NCBI GenBank assembly: GCA_028023455.1 | Contig: JAQFVV010000001.1 | Span: 11,904,001 to 11,968,000 of the forward strand | Source of the DNA: Epiperipatus broadwayi | Taxonomy: Eukaryota; Animalia; Onychophora | Direction: 5' to 3' | Length of the DNA: 64,000 bases | Shown here: in pieces, positions 11,950 to 25,149 of the stretch | Numbering within the stretch: the first letter of the stretch is position 1 | Layout of the letters: every line of letters begins with the position of its first letter | Notes under the pieces: generated by a model | Told to the model about the DNA's origin: nothing | Databases searched by the model: none | The model's input: the letters and a program-made list of their open reading frames with translations, nothing else | Translations under genes and position numbers: made by a program

Positions 11950-12860
11950 AATCTTCATTCATGAGGCTCCATGTATCCTTGTGTTTAATAATAGGCACCA
12001 GAATTAGATATCTCCTTTTGAATTCCTTTAATTTGTTGTTAATAAAAAAATTTTCATTTTGATGTAGGTGGATGAAGATTTTATTACATCTCGCCAATCA
12101 TATTGACATTATTATATAAAGGGATAGCCTTATGGTCACAAAATGCTTAGATTGGATACTTTGTTTTAAGATGTAATGGTGTAGTAGTCTGCTTTAATGT
12201 TTTTATAGATGTATTGTTTTGTTATTAGTAGTCCATAACAGTTCTCAATGATATGATTAAATGTCTCTTCTGTTCTTTTGCAATTGGGGCACATTGGGTT
12301 GATTTTAGATATGCCCCTTTTATAGTGTAGGAACCAATTGGTGGGCATGGCATCCATATTTATTTTTAAGGTAAGGTCTAAATACTTTGGTTCCATTTCC
12401 CAGTATTTGAAGACTTTTGTAATTTTATGGTTTGTTAATCCCAGCTTCCCTGGAATTATTTTTGTTTGTGAATGCATAAGTTCATAGGCATCCCAGATTA
12501 TGAGTTTTGATTTAAATGCTTGCTTTGTTAGTGTTTCATATTGTTTTAATTTTCCTATTATGATGTTTAACCAGTCATTTTTCTTTGATGGGGGTCTGTC
12601 TGTTGGGGTGACTAGCTCTATGATGTTCTCATATTTAAGGTGAATTAAAAGTTGATGGACTAGATTGTGAATCTTTTGTATAAAGCAGGTCTGGATGGAA
12701 TGAAAGAACATTCCATTCATTTCTCTAGGTTTTTGCATTGTTTTTATGTTTAGAGCTACAATCTTGCTGTTCCAGAAGAGTCTGCCTGCAAGTGAGTTTA
12801 TTTTATTAATAGATTTGTTATTATGCACCTCACTGATTTTATAATAACTCAAAACTGTAA
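11950..12860 (-). mobile_element. Non-LTR retrotransposon ORF2 C-terminus (RT-associated CCHC zinc knuckle; L1/Tx1-like)
   Basis: ORF 12166-12852 ends ...INPMCPNCKRTEETFNHIIENC (C-x2-C-x7-H-x4-C); no RT core seen, so 5'-truncated. Confidence 0.75.
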
Positions 12861-13279
12861 GTCTCTACCTTGTGTTTGGGTTTGAGAGTTTCCTCTGTAC
12901 TCAACACTATAGCATTGAGTTAATATAAAATCAGTAAGGTGCATATGTAAATAAGATAAAATCCTTTCTCTTTAATTTCATATGATCTCTGTGCTTAATA
13001 AATAAATCTGAATGTTAACTTCTCTTAGTAAATAAGTTTTAACATAAAATCAAATAAGACCAATTATTTTCATGCACTTATTTAATATTTCTTCCCATAA
13101 ATTCAGTAATAAATGCATACACTAATTGATAATTTTTTTCATTAGTCAGTGAAACACCTTATGCGCCATCATCTGATGGGTAGCACACACACTATAAAAA
13201 TACCCCAAAAATTTACTGCAAATAGTAGTTACATAATTTTTATTTTTTAATTGATATTTATATATAAATAGTGATATTT

Positions 13280-13470
13280 ATATATAAAGCCAGAGTAATC
13301 CATTTTGCACTACTGTATGGAGAGTTTTGCCTGTTTTGATATATACTATTAGTGCTGTATTAATTAGTATATATATGTGGTTGCACTGAGTGGCACTACT
13401 GTATGGAGAGTTTTGCCTGTTTTGATATATACTATTAGTGCTGTATTAATTAGTATATATATGTGGTTAA
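13280..13470. repeat. MITE family A right-arm fragments, tandemly duplicated (~87-bp period)
   Basis: gcactactgtatggagagttttgcctgttttgatatatactattagtgctgtattaattagtatatatatgtggtt occurs twice; same terminus as the copies at 24661-24900 and 30413-30548. Confidence 0.8.
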
Positions 13471-15754
13471 TAAATAGATCATAAATTTAAAAAATATATT
13501 TTTTTAAAATTAAAATCTACAGATTAAAAAATAATGAATAAATAAAAAACAAAATTAATAAGAACAATAATCTTGCAAATGATTATTAATCCATATAAAA
13601 AATATAAAAACACATTTCTTACTGTTCAATATCATCCATACATATTGTTATATAATAATTATTAATGTTTGATAGTTAACTAAATAATTGTCTTTTACTT
13701 AATTGTATAAGCATAGACTTTACATATTGTATGTATGTATATAGAGTTTCTACAAAAAATAACTATACATTTAATGTTAAATCATGTATGTATAAATAAA
13801 GATATAAAATAAAAATGTGTATATGTATAAAATATCGAAAATATTTAGTGCTACATAATAAAATTTCAAACCTTAGAATAATATGAACACTACATATATA
13901 CTTCATCTAAGCACTTATAACTACATCAACTTAACAACAGTCAGTTAATATATAAACAACTTCTTGCAATATTTGCTTTTAAGGCATGAAAATGTTAACA
14001 CATCAGTGACAATTTTAAATTATGACTAATGTGTTTATAGGTACTTAGTAGCATTTCTAATGAATTTAGGTAGCAGATAAAACATGAAAGTAGAAATTTA
14101 GCTAGAAATCCCGCCTCTAGCGGCTGACATGAAGGATCAGATGACAACCGAAAATTTAAATTGTTGATTTTATGTTATGTAGTAATCATTATTATTAAAA
14201 ATATATCAAAATTTTAATTTAACAAAGGAGCACTGCATATCTTTTACATTTTTTTATAATTACACTTAGTCCATTTATCAATATATATATACAAATATAT
14301 ATATATACTGAGATTTTTCTAAAATAAAAATAGAACAGATATTTCGTAAATATTTCAACTATAGCATATGTTAAATATTAATAATTTATATATTATTGGT
14401 GGATTATATATAAATAAATAAAAAGGAAAGTGAAAAGATTACATATAAGAGAAAATGAGAATTATGTATACATATATATTGAACCCACATTTTCACTAAT
14501 ACTAAGACAATAAAGACAATTACTCAAGACTTTAATAGGTTTATAAATGTAGATGATAGCTTAAGGGTTGATTGTTAACGTTAATACTTTATAGTCACCA
14601 ACTAATAGTTGAATGCCCAAAACTAATAATTATTTTCTTAACTTATAGCTTTGACTTATTAATCTTGCCATTAACAGTACAAATGCCCATAAAGTGTATT
14701 ATGTGTGTATCAAGTGTTTAATAATTCTTAAATATTAAAAAAAAAAATTATAAAATAAAATAGTTCTACTATAATAATGAGACTATATTAATCTTGTCAC
14801 TTATTGGTTGTAATAGATTTTTAATTAAAAATACGCTATTACAAGAAATATTTCTCTTTTTTTTTTTGAGCAATCTTTCTTTTTAATCACATTAAAATGT
14901 AGTAAGAAATCAATTTTCAATCCTTGCATATCTAAGAAATTGAAAAGTTAATTATAATTGATCAAATTATTTTTATTACTATAGAAACTAGAAATAAAAA
15001 ATTTAATTTTTTTCTTGATTGAAATATATCTAAGAACAATCTTGAAAAACATAAAATTCTGGAATATCTTTATTTTAAAGCTTTATTTTTTAAACCAATC
15101 AAGTTGTGTCATTTTGTTAATGACTCTGAAGAATAGTTATCATTATGGTAGTTACCTGCATTAGGAATTCTTGGACTCCAATAGACCGTTAAAAAAAACA
15201 CTGACTGATTAAGAAATGGTATCAAAGATCATCAAATAATTTTATAATTTGATTGTGATTATAAATACTTTTGCATTATTCTAACAATAATGAAATGTAC
15301 AGAAGAGAATATTATTACTATTTCTATTCTTTATATATTTTTTTTATATATATAAAAAAGAAACTGTGTATGCAAGAATTAGATATTAGAGTATATGCCT
15401 ATGAATAAATAAAGTTTAAATCTTAACTACTAATATATCCTTAAACAACTAATTCATATGAATAATGTCATTATGTAAAAACGTAAATATGAGACTATTT
15501 TCATCATTCTTTTTATATTTATTTTGTTTGAATAATTTAATTGTTTACATGAAGAGATTTCCATTTTTAAAAAAAATTAAGACTTTTCTTATTTTAACAT
15601 ATGCTTTTCCAAATTCTCATAGTTCAAATAATAAAGAGTAAATTCAGTAATATTGGATTTTACCTATACTTTTAACTTATATTAATTATTGATTAGGGGA
15701 ATCAAGACTAGGTTATTAATTGGGTAGATTTTGAGATATCATTTCTGTATTTCT

Positions 15755-15890
15755 ATTAAAACAGGCAAAACTTTCTATAAGTATTGCCACTCAGTGCAAG
15801 CCAGAGTAATCAATGGATGCTAAAAAGCCTTGTGCATAAAATCCCCATCTAGTGTCTACTCATCCAATATCCCCAGACTTTCTACCTGTT
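15755..15890 (+). mobile_element. MITE family A, left half
   Basis: tattaaaacaggcaaaactttctataagtattgccactcagtgcaagccagagtaatcaatggatg... matches the left arm of 24661-24900. Confidence 0.8.
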
Positions 15891-17827
15891 GGCATTTGTG
15901 CAAAAATAATATAATGATTCATTATTTTATATGCAATAACATTAAATATATTGCAAGATGATATTAGCATCAGATTGCTCAGACACATGTTTAAACACTC
16001 ATAGTACTAAATATATTTACTTATTAGAGAAAGAAAAACATTAATAATTCATAATTAAGTATGTAGGATCTTAAATTCCATTAATGGAGAATGTATGGAA
16101 TATGATTTTTAAGCAATTTCCATTATGTTCTCATAATCTGACTCCTAAGGTTTCTCTCCTTCCCATAATTGAACTTATGATAAGCATGTCTATTAGTAGT
16201 TATAATTTTATTATTCATTAGTCCCAGGAGACTTATAAAATTAATTTTCCATCATAAATAACATAGTTATTTACTTGATTATGAATTTAGATTGGCCTTA
16301 TAGATAAAGTAATGTATCATGGTACCAAGATTAAGGCTGGTCTATATGAAATAGTAGCAAATTTTTCAATGCAATAGTGCTATATAATGCAAGCTATAGT
16401 AATCAATATATGCTACAAGGTTGTGTGGAAAAATTTGCAACTGTTTTAACAGCTCATGTAAGCATAAGAGAAGGTGATCATGTCAGGTTTTGATGTGGAT
16501 TATACCTTTTAGCAACTAAGCCATGATATTTGGCTAATAGTGAAGGATAAAAAATATTTTATCTGTATTGTAAATAATGTATATTAGCCCCATTCTGTTA
16601 CCATATAAATTAGTATGTGCAATGTAGCAGTTTGAAGTGATCAAATTTCTAATAACTATCACTCACAAGTGTTAAGTCTCTTTATCATATATACAGTTGC
16701 AATAACAAGCCAAATATTTATAGAAATAGAACAAGCTCATACTTAATAATTAAGTACTAGAGATTGTATACTTTATGGGATAAAATTTTATTTCAATAAA
16801 CTTAATATATTTTCAGTACAGAATCTATATTCATGACTCAAATCAAAGATAAATTGAATATATACAGAGAGATGAATGATTTCTTAGTGACCACTAACAT
16901 CTATTATGATCTCATGTTAATGGTAATTATTTATATAATGGATAGTGGCTCTAAATGGTAGCGTAGTTAACTAACTGTAATGATTAACCTCTCATTCAAC
17001 ACCATCTTTTGAGATTGATGATAATCAAGCCTGCTTTTAATCCATCTAAAATAGTTGAAACAAATGCTATATTTCCTGATCATCATCATTTTTGTGATAA
17101 TCAGCTGATTCCTGGCAATAATCAAAGTTTCAGGGCCCCAAATTCCCTTACAAAAGAGCTACCAGAACACACAATCAAATATGGACTGGTTTCAACTTTA
17201 TAATCTCTTTTATTTCATTAACAACATTCCAAGCAATAGCTCAGTTTAGAGAATGAACTCATACAGAGTTCAAATGATGAAATGAATAAAATAAAAAAAA
17301 ATTATGGGTCGATAAGGTGTGAAATTAGATAAATAACAGGAGTAACAAACTATAAATATTATAAAAATAAACTTAATAAAAAATCATGAAAAGAAATATA
17401 ATATACACAATAATAAATTACTAACTAAATGGAGTACTATTATTTTATCATATAATACATAAATATAACAAAGATAAATGTACAATTAATAAAAAAAATA
17501 AAAAAAATAACAAACAACCACAGTCTTCTATTTTAAAAATAGCCCATTAATTTCAATATATATATACAAAACATATGCTCTTCTTCTTTATAAATCTTGT
17601 TTTATTATATGAACTATTATAAAATAAATAAATAACACTCCAGCATTTAGACTATATTCTTTTATAGACTTTATCAAGGAACAACTAAAAAATACATAAA
17701 AACAATAAATACAAATATTCCATAATATGTATAGTAAATACCAATATTTTTTATTTTAAGACTCTTCTAACAAACAACCTTAACTTTTCATTACATTTGT
17801 TTTTTAAATATCTTTCTTAAATTACTC

Positions 17828-17916
17828 TAAAATTATTTAATTAAATCAACCTATTATCCCCCTTTTTTTTAAATTGGAAAAAAAAAGAATAATAGGTTGA
17901 TTTAATTAAATAATTA
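17828..17916. repeat. Small nested fold-back
   Basis: aattatttaattaaatcaacctatta ... taataggttgatttaattaaataatt; present only in the left arm of the large palindrome. Confidence 0.75.
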
Positions 17917-18039
17917 TACAGAAATATTATCAAATTAACCACTTCCTTTATTTTGCTATAATATCTTATATAAATGCAATTTATTCACTGTACTTTAAAT
18001 ACACTTTTTAGCAAAAACCTTTTATTGTACATATATGCA

Positions 18040-18092
18040 TATACAATTTTATGTTTCCACTGTCCTGCAGTCTTCTTCAGAATTATGATATA
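18040..18092 (-). ncRNA. Hammerhead-like core, PLE family 2
   Basis: Minus strand CTGAAGA-A-GACTG-CAGGA-CAGTG-GAAA-CATA; stem II GACTG/CAGT(C), followed by AATAAA. Confidence 0.55.
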
Positions 18093-18711
18093 ATGAGCAA
18101 AACAAAGTAAAATACATAACTATATACATAATACTATAAAAAATGTAAACAATAAAAAAATATAAAATATAATAAAACATAATAAAACTGAAATAATCAA
18201 ACTCAAATAAAATAATCCAGTTAATATAAAATAAAATATACAATATAAATATAAATTATGCATGTATATCCCTGACTATAGATATACATACTCATGAACA
18301 ACTATTAATTTAAATATATTATTCATTTTTATTACTTTTAATAATCTCCTAATTATTTCTATTCCTTATAAACTTAAAATTTAATTTTATTAGCTCCACT
18401 TTTAGCTATTAAAATTAAACTTTACATTTATAAGGAATAGAAATAATTAGGAGATTATTAAAACTAATAAAAATGAATAATATATTTAAATTAATAGTTG
18501 TTTATGAGTATGTATATCTACAGTCAGGAATACATACATGTAATTTATATTTATATTGCATATTTTATTTTATATTAACTGGATTATTTTATTTGGGTTT
18601 GATTATATTTAGTTCAGTTTTATTATGTTTTGTTATATTTTTTGTTTTTTTATTGTTTACATTTGTTATGGTATTATGTATATAATTATATACTTTATTT
18701 TGTTCATTATA

Positions 18712-18760
18712 TCATAGCTCTGAAGAAGACTGCAGGACAGTTGAAATGTAAGATTGTGTA
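18712..18760 (+). ncRNA. Hammerhead-like core, PLE family 2 (second arm)
   Basis: CTGAAGA(18720-18726)-A-GACTG-CAGGA-CAGTT-GAAA(18743-18746)-TGTA; AATAAA at ~18773. Confidence 0.55.
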
Positions 18761-19599
18761 TACATATATGTCAATAAAAGGTTTTTTCTAAAAAGTCTTT
18801 AAAGTACAGTGAACAAATTGCATAGGGACTATTTTAAGAAAGGTATTGAAGAAACGAATGTAATGAAAAGTTAAGAATGTTTGTTAGAAGAGTTTTAAAA
18901 TAAAAGATATTGTATTAATTATATGCATTATGGAATGTTTATATTTATTGTTTTTTTATGTATTTTTTAGTTGTTCCTTGATAAAGTCTATAAAAGAATA
19001 TATACAAGTAATAAAATACATAGTGTGAGTTAATGATTGTTACTAATATGAAAAAAAGGAAATAAAATAAAATAAATTCACATACCATAATAACTAAGAT
19101 GTAAATAAATCTTAAATATAATAATATCACTCAATTATACTCATATTTATCATAAAATACTTAACTATATAAATTATTATTATGAATACATGTGCATTTT
19201 ATTAATTTAAACATTAAATTTTATGGTAAAAACATAAGCTTACATTTGCCAATGGAACACAATAATGTCCTTAATTTTAAGTTTTCTTTAATATTATGAT
19301 ATTTTCTCCAATTAGGCAATGTTTTTTGTGAATTATACACGTGAAACATTTTACAAAGAAAGTACCAAATGTATCCCATGAAAAAGTCATCTTCAAATTG
19401 ATACTTTTAAAAATTCAAACAATTGCCATTACAACTGCTATAAATTGTAATAAATTAAAATAATCAAAAATTGAATAGAAAAATAATCTAGTATACTTAT
19501 AAGAATAGCATTCCTTGAAATATTTATCACATTACATTTTTAGACAAAATATACATACATATTATTTAAATACAAATATAATGTATATACTGAATTTAG

Positions 19600-19707
19600 A
19601 TGTAATTAGAGGGAACTTGAACACAGACATTCATGTGTATCAGTTATATAAGGAGTGGGTAGCTGAAGGGAGCTTGAAAATCTATGTTCAAATCCCTTCT
19701 GATTACA
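19600..19707. mobile_element. Mini-MITE, family C
   Basis: TIRs atgtaattagagggaacttgaacacagac / tctatgttcaaatcccttctgattacat, homologous to 27050-27834. Confidence 0.7.
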
Positions 19708-22034
19708 TATTATTACTGTAGACAGATCTAATAATATTCCTTATAAAAATAGCAGAGATATTCTAAATATTAAGAAATGTTAATTAATTCTTTGGCAATA
19801 GCAGAGAATTGAATAGAAAATAGATCATACTTCAAATTGGGACAAGTTTTTTAATTACCTTTTTTTTTTTCCCAGAGATGCATTGAGATGAGTGCTTGGA
19901 CAATTCTTTAAAATTTATTCCATGTTGAATGATACTGGTGTTAATTATCCAGATTCCAATATTAAAAGGAAAAAAAATATTTTTCTCTTTTTTTTTTAGT
20001 TCTGGTCACCAGCATTTATTATACTATAGTTCTTGTAGCCAGTGATTAATTTTTTATATCATAAGCGACCTATACATGCAACACAAATTTAAACAATGTG
20101 CTCTTTATAACCTAATAATTATCAGCTGATAGTATAAATTCTATGTACATTAATTTAATTAACATTAAGATTTATTATCATTTTATACATTTCAATTTTA
20201 TAATTGAAGATTAATTTTAATTTCTTGTACAAAGAATATTTGCAAATATATTTATTTGAATCAATTCAAGTAAAACATAATATTTTATTAGTATTTAATT
20301 TCTCAGTTATGAGAAACATACTATTAAATAAATGGGTGTAAATTACAGTTTTAATTAAGGGCAAAAACATTCTAAGTCCCTTTGATTTTTGTATGTACTT
20401 TGTATATAATTAAGATAACATTATAGTCCCTTAATATTATAATGAGGATAAACGGAGAGTGATTGCTAATCTATACATATAATTGTGACTTCACTTTTAA
20501 TTTTAAAGTTCTTTATAACTAAAACTGAATCAATTAATTACTACATAAAATCAAGTAATTTTAAAAATCAAACAAGTATTTTGCTTTTATAAAATTTAAA
20601 AATAAATGAAAGCTCATTTTTATAGAGGCAAAATACCTTAATATAATTAAATGATCAAGAGCCAATATTACCTCTGCTGAGGATGGCAACATGACATTAG
20701 AATTTTCGGTTGATGGCATGTGATAATGGATCACAAGACATGTAACCAATCTATAATAACAAGCCAAAAAAATTGAAATTGATAATAATGTAAGAGGAAT
20801 ATTTTGACCTAATGAGTTGTTTAATTATTTTTAGATAAAATATTATATTTAAATTATAAATAAAAACAAGATTTTACTGAAATAGCAGTTAACACTTTAA
20901 TCAAAAAAAAAAAGACGTGAAATAAATATATTATTTATATAATTTACAAAGAATATGACATTAAAAAAGTACATTTTCTATTAAAATCTTATATTCATTA
21001 GTTTAATGATATCAAGTGTTAGGATAAAAAATGTTTTAATATAATAAAGATATTTTAGAGAAGCAAAAAAATAAAAAATATTTTTTTATAATGTATGTAA
21101 AAACTAGATATCTTTTAATTAGAGAAAACTCAATTATTTATTAATCTGTGTCAAGATCAAAGTATAATATGAGGAGCATAGATAGATCTTTTATTTCAAA
21201 TTGCCCAAGCATTGGTGAAAAATTCATTTCTGCTTTTCTTAATTAATTTTTATAGAAAACAATTAATCACAACATATATTTATTTATTATTTACTGAACT
21301 ATGATATAGGCAGACAGCATTTCTATAAAAATATAAATGTGCTTGTAAATCAAAACTAACAATTCAAAATCACATTTATGCTAGTTAAAGAAAATAAACA
21401 TATACTTGATGAAATATGATAAACTGCAAGTTGCGGGGGGGGGGGGGGATTCATTTTCATTTCATTATGTTCACAAAAGATTAAAATAAAAGTTTTATCA
21501 GTTCAGATAATTGCTGTATATTAATCCAATTAAAGAACTCGGACAAACCGGGTTTTAAATTAATACAAACAATCATTATTACACCTACTTATAAACTTAA
21601 AACTAATATAATTAATTAACTAATTATATGTAAAGAATATAATTAGATTTACAAAAGATATAGTATTTCAACTTTTCTATGATTTTTGGTTACTCCTTAT
21701 CATTTAATATTTGTTCGTCAAACTGAGTGTGTTATTTATGACAACAAAATGCAGTTTAATAAGTGTTAAGTAATTAATGGATTATTTAATCTTGGGGGAT
21801 GAAAATAGATTAGCATTATGATACTAATAACATAAAGATACCTTTAAATAATAATAAAAAAAAACAACACAATACTTCCTCTGAAGGCAAATTGTTATAA
21901 TTTCTTTCATTTTTAAAAATGCAAATTTGCAGTGCTGTACAATCATAACACTATTTCACACTAATATATTTAAAGATAAGAAGTAAAAAACCTTTTAAAA
22001 GCCAGCTAACTGGATATAACTCACACCTGATGCT

Positions 22035-22137
22035 TTTTTTTCCCATGTGTCATAGCATCAGCCGGGAAGCGAACCCGCTAACCCGGGACAACTGCTTCTA
22101 AAGCAGCTGTCACTGACCTCTCGACCACCAATGCTTG
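22035..22137 (-). mobile_element. Short tRNA-derived SINE/retrocopy with A-tail and 16-17-bp target-site duplication
   Basis: Minus strand GCATTGGTGGTCGAGAGG...GGGTTCGCTTCCCGGCTGATGC (tRNA-Gly-like ends), short tail, A8; TSD actcacacctgatgct at 22019-22034 and 22138-22153; CpGs intact. Confidence 0.85.
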
Positions 22138-24660
22138 ACTCACACCTGATGCTTATCTTTACCTATATATATAAAAAATTATGGCAGACTGAAAACTGTA
22201 ATATTTTTCATTATGTTCTATCTTACAATATGATAAATAATGTTACTACAAAAATAATAATTTAAATGAATTTTAAAATATAATTATTTTTTTATTAAAT
22301 TAGTTTTCTAATTTTTTCCATAGCTTTCCTTAGAAAAATTGTATAACATACAGTGTATTAGAATAGTTATTTCTTGTCATAAGTAATCCATAATAGTTGA
22401 TGTTATTATATTTACAAGCACATTTGTGACTGTCTTTACTGAAACAATGTAGATATACAACTCAACCTGTACAAAACTATTTCCCCAGTATTGAATCATT
22501 TATTGCAAAGTTTCTGAATTAGTTAAAGAATTTTCTATTGTCATCATAAAAGATTGTGCATTTCTTTAATTAACATTCGGCTCTTGTGTTGTAAAAAAAC
22601 TTGTTCAAAGACTTAACTATTGGTTTATACATGCTGTAATTTTTATTTCTATTATTTGCATCTTGGTTTTCAAAAATTCTCTGTTTTTCAAAATATTTTA
22701 TTTATTATTTGTCAGTCACCTTAACAAAAAACTCAACTCTTTTTTTTTAGTATAATCTTTCTTCTAACAATATATTGTAATCCTTTGCAAGTAGCTACAA
22801 ATTAAAAACAAGGCAATACCAATAGTGTAGAGGCTGAGGTAGAGAGGAAATATGCCATAATGCTAGAATGGGTCTATATGCTGTCTTTTAGCTATTTTGT
22901 TTCTCTTTGTTTAAAAAATATTTTAATTATGCAAATGAAAATAAAATGACTTGAAAGTTGCTTATTTAAAAAGAAACAAATTGGAGTTATCAAAATAAAA
23001 TATTAACTAAGAGAGAAAAGGTAATTTTGGAGATAGACAGTTTAATAAAGAAACAACATTTTTTTGAAAAGGAGTTTTGAAAAGACAGTAACAATGAAGT
23101 TATAAAAGGCTTTGGATAATTAATTTAGATCATAATGTGCTTGTCTAATGAAGTGAATGCATGAATGAACTAAAAGCAGATTGTTATACAGTAAAGGTAA
23201 GCTTGGACAAACAATATATGATTATCCACAACCTTCTGTAATGAAGTCAAATACAGCAAGGTGTATTTAACAATGGGAGAATAATACTCTCAGTATCATT
23301 AAAATAAAATTACAAAATGAGCAAATACCCTAGGGGTTCATGCCTTTTCAACATGTGTTGCTAATTCATTTTCATGTGTTCATCTCTGCCCTAATATGTA
23401 GCGTTGTAAAAAAAAAAAGTGATAAACTCCAGCCCTACAATGCAAAAAAATTTATGGATGCCTGTTTGCATCAAATATGTTTTCCTTACCCAGAGATTTA
23501 TATGACAGTTACTGACATCTCCAAAATTCTATCAAATAATGATGTTCAACCCATAACTAGATAATAAGTGCTGACGACCCTGACTTGGAAAGTGAAGAAA
23601 CAATAGAAATTATCTTTCATGACCAGCCTAAGGATAAAATAAAGAGAAAGTAACAATTTCATGGAAAGAGATCTACCATTAATAATCAGCCAGAAATATT
23701 AAATGGAAAATTGAAGCAGATCAACCAAACAATAAAGTGTGAACAAACTGTCCCAGAATTGCTTAAAACCAAATATATATATATATATAAAAAGGAATTT
23801 CTGACTGCTAAAACAAGTGTAAGCACTTACATTAATTGAGAAACTAGGTAGGACTGTTTTGATATATATATATATATATCACGATATAATAACATTAAAT
23901 TATGGAACAATATTCATTAAATTGCAATTATTGCCATTATATTGCTTTATTATGTTTTAATTTTTATCTTGAAACGGATTATATATTTGTATTAAGTGTA
24001 ATAATGTATATATATATATTTAAGTGTAATAATGTATATATATATTTAATTTATTTGATAATTATCTATACGCTTATTATCAAAACATTGGTCAAGTTTG
24101 AGAGAAAAAAAAAATCTCTTAATTTAATTTTAAAGTATTAGGAGATGAAAAACAATGGACATTATGAAAAGCCATACTATTTAATGCCTGTTTGATGATC
24201 TTACACTTGAATTTAGAAATTTTGTAAAATTAATAATAGGAAGAGAGTTGGCACAAATATTTAATAACTGTTAGTACTGAAAATATTGATTTCAAATTTT
24301 AGCCTTTGCTTTAATTCTCATGCTTGCATTTCCTCAATTCAATACGGGATTTAAATTAAATATTTAAACTGTGCAATGTTATGTTTAAGGCTAATGTGTC
24401 TGCAAACTACTGCTTAGTGCTTGATGAAATTGTTATCACCTAAAGAATGAAGACTTGAACTTGAGTTTCTGGTTACAGTACCTTAATAGATTGTGGTTGA
24501 TTGGACCATTCCAATGAGTAAAAAGAAAATGTCTAGTGAACTCAAGTCTTATAAATAGCATTCACCATCCATATGTAGTGATACAGGTATAGTTATGGTA
24601 TGTGTAGGCATTAAACCAATAAACATCACATGATCATTTCTTATGTTTGCTTATAACTGT

Positions 24661-24900
24661 TATTAAAACAGGCAACTCTCTATACATATTGCCACTCAAT
24701 TCAAGCCAGAGTAATTAATGGATGTCAGAAGGCTTGTGCATAAAATCCCCATATAGTGTTTACTCAGCCAGAAACTAGTCTGGGGATATTGGATGAGTAG
24801 GCACTAGATGGGGATTTTATGCACAAGCCTTCTGAAATCCATTGATTACTCTGGCTTGCATTGAGTGGCATAATGTATAGAGAGTTTTGCCTGTTTTAAT
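24661..24900. mobile_element. Fold-back MITE family A, complete copy
   Basis: tattaaaacaggcaa...gccagagtaat...ttgtgcataaaatccc / gggattttatgcacaa...attactctggc...ttgcctgttttaata, ~110-bp inverted arms. Confidence 0.9.
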
Positions 24901-25149
24901 ATATGTAGGTATCTGAATGAATGATGGTAAGCAAGAAATATTATTGTCGCTTGCCCAGTATATCAACAAGAAGCTCATACATTGATAAAACTCTTCAGTA
25001 TACTCATCATAAATCTTTGGATTGGAATTAATTTCAAATCCTCTTACAATATATATCATCATTTCATTGTACCTTTTCTAATTATTAATTCTAATAATAA
25101 ATGCTCATCAGTTTTTATCCCACACCCACATAAATCTAGTCAAATTTAA

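Larger units (their letters stand above)
17650..19012. mobile_element. ~1.4-kb palindrome formed from PLE-type pseudo-LTRs (family 2), centre ~18400
   Basis: 17990-18395 is the reverse complement of ~18410-18830, and 17653-17800 of ~18855-19012. Outer arms encode a YQGTTKKYIK relic resembling the PLE LPYIxGTTEKI motif; each arm has a hammerhead core. Confidence 0.8.

Noticed and set aside
14109-14126. CGCCTCTAGCGG, CTCF-like motif
   Set aside because: One base short of the CCGCTAG(A/G)(T/G)GGCG consensus; single site with no supporting context.
21435-21448. Poly-G run (shorter ones near 33090, 33955 and 42587)
   Set aside because: Simple homopolymers with no associated structure.
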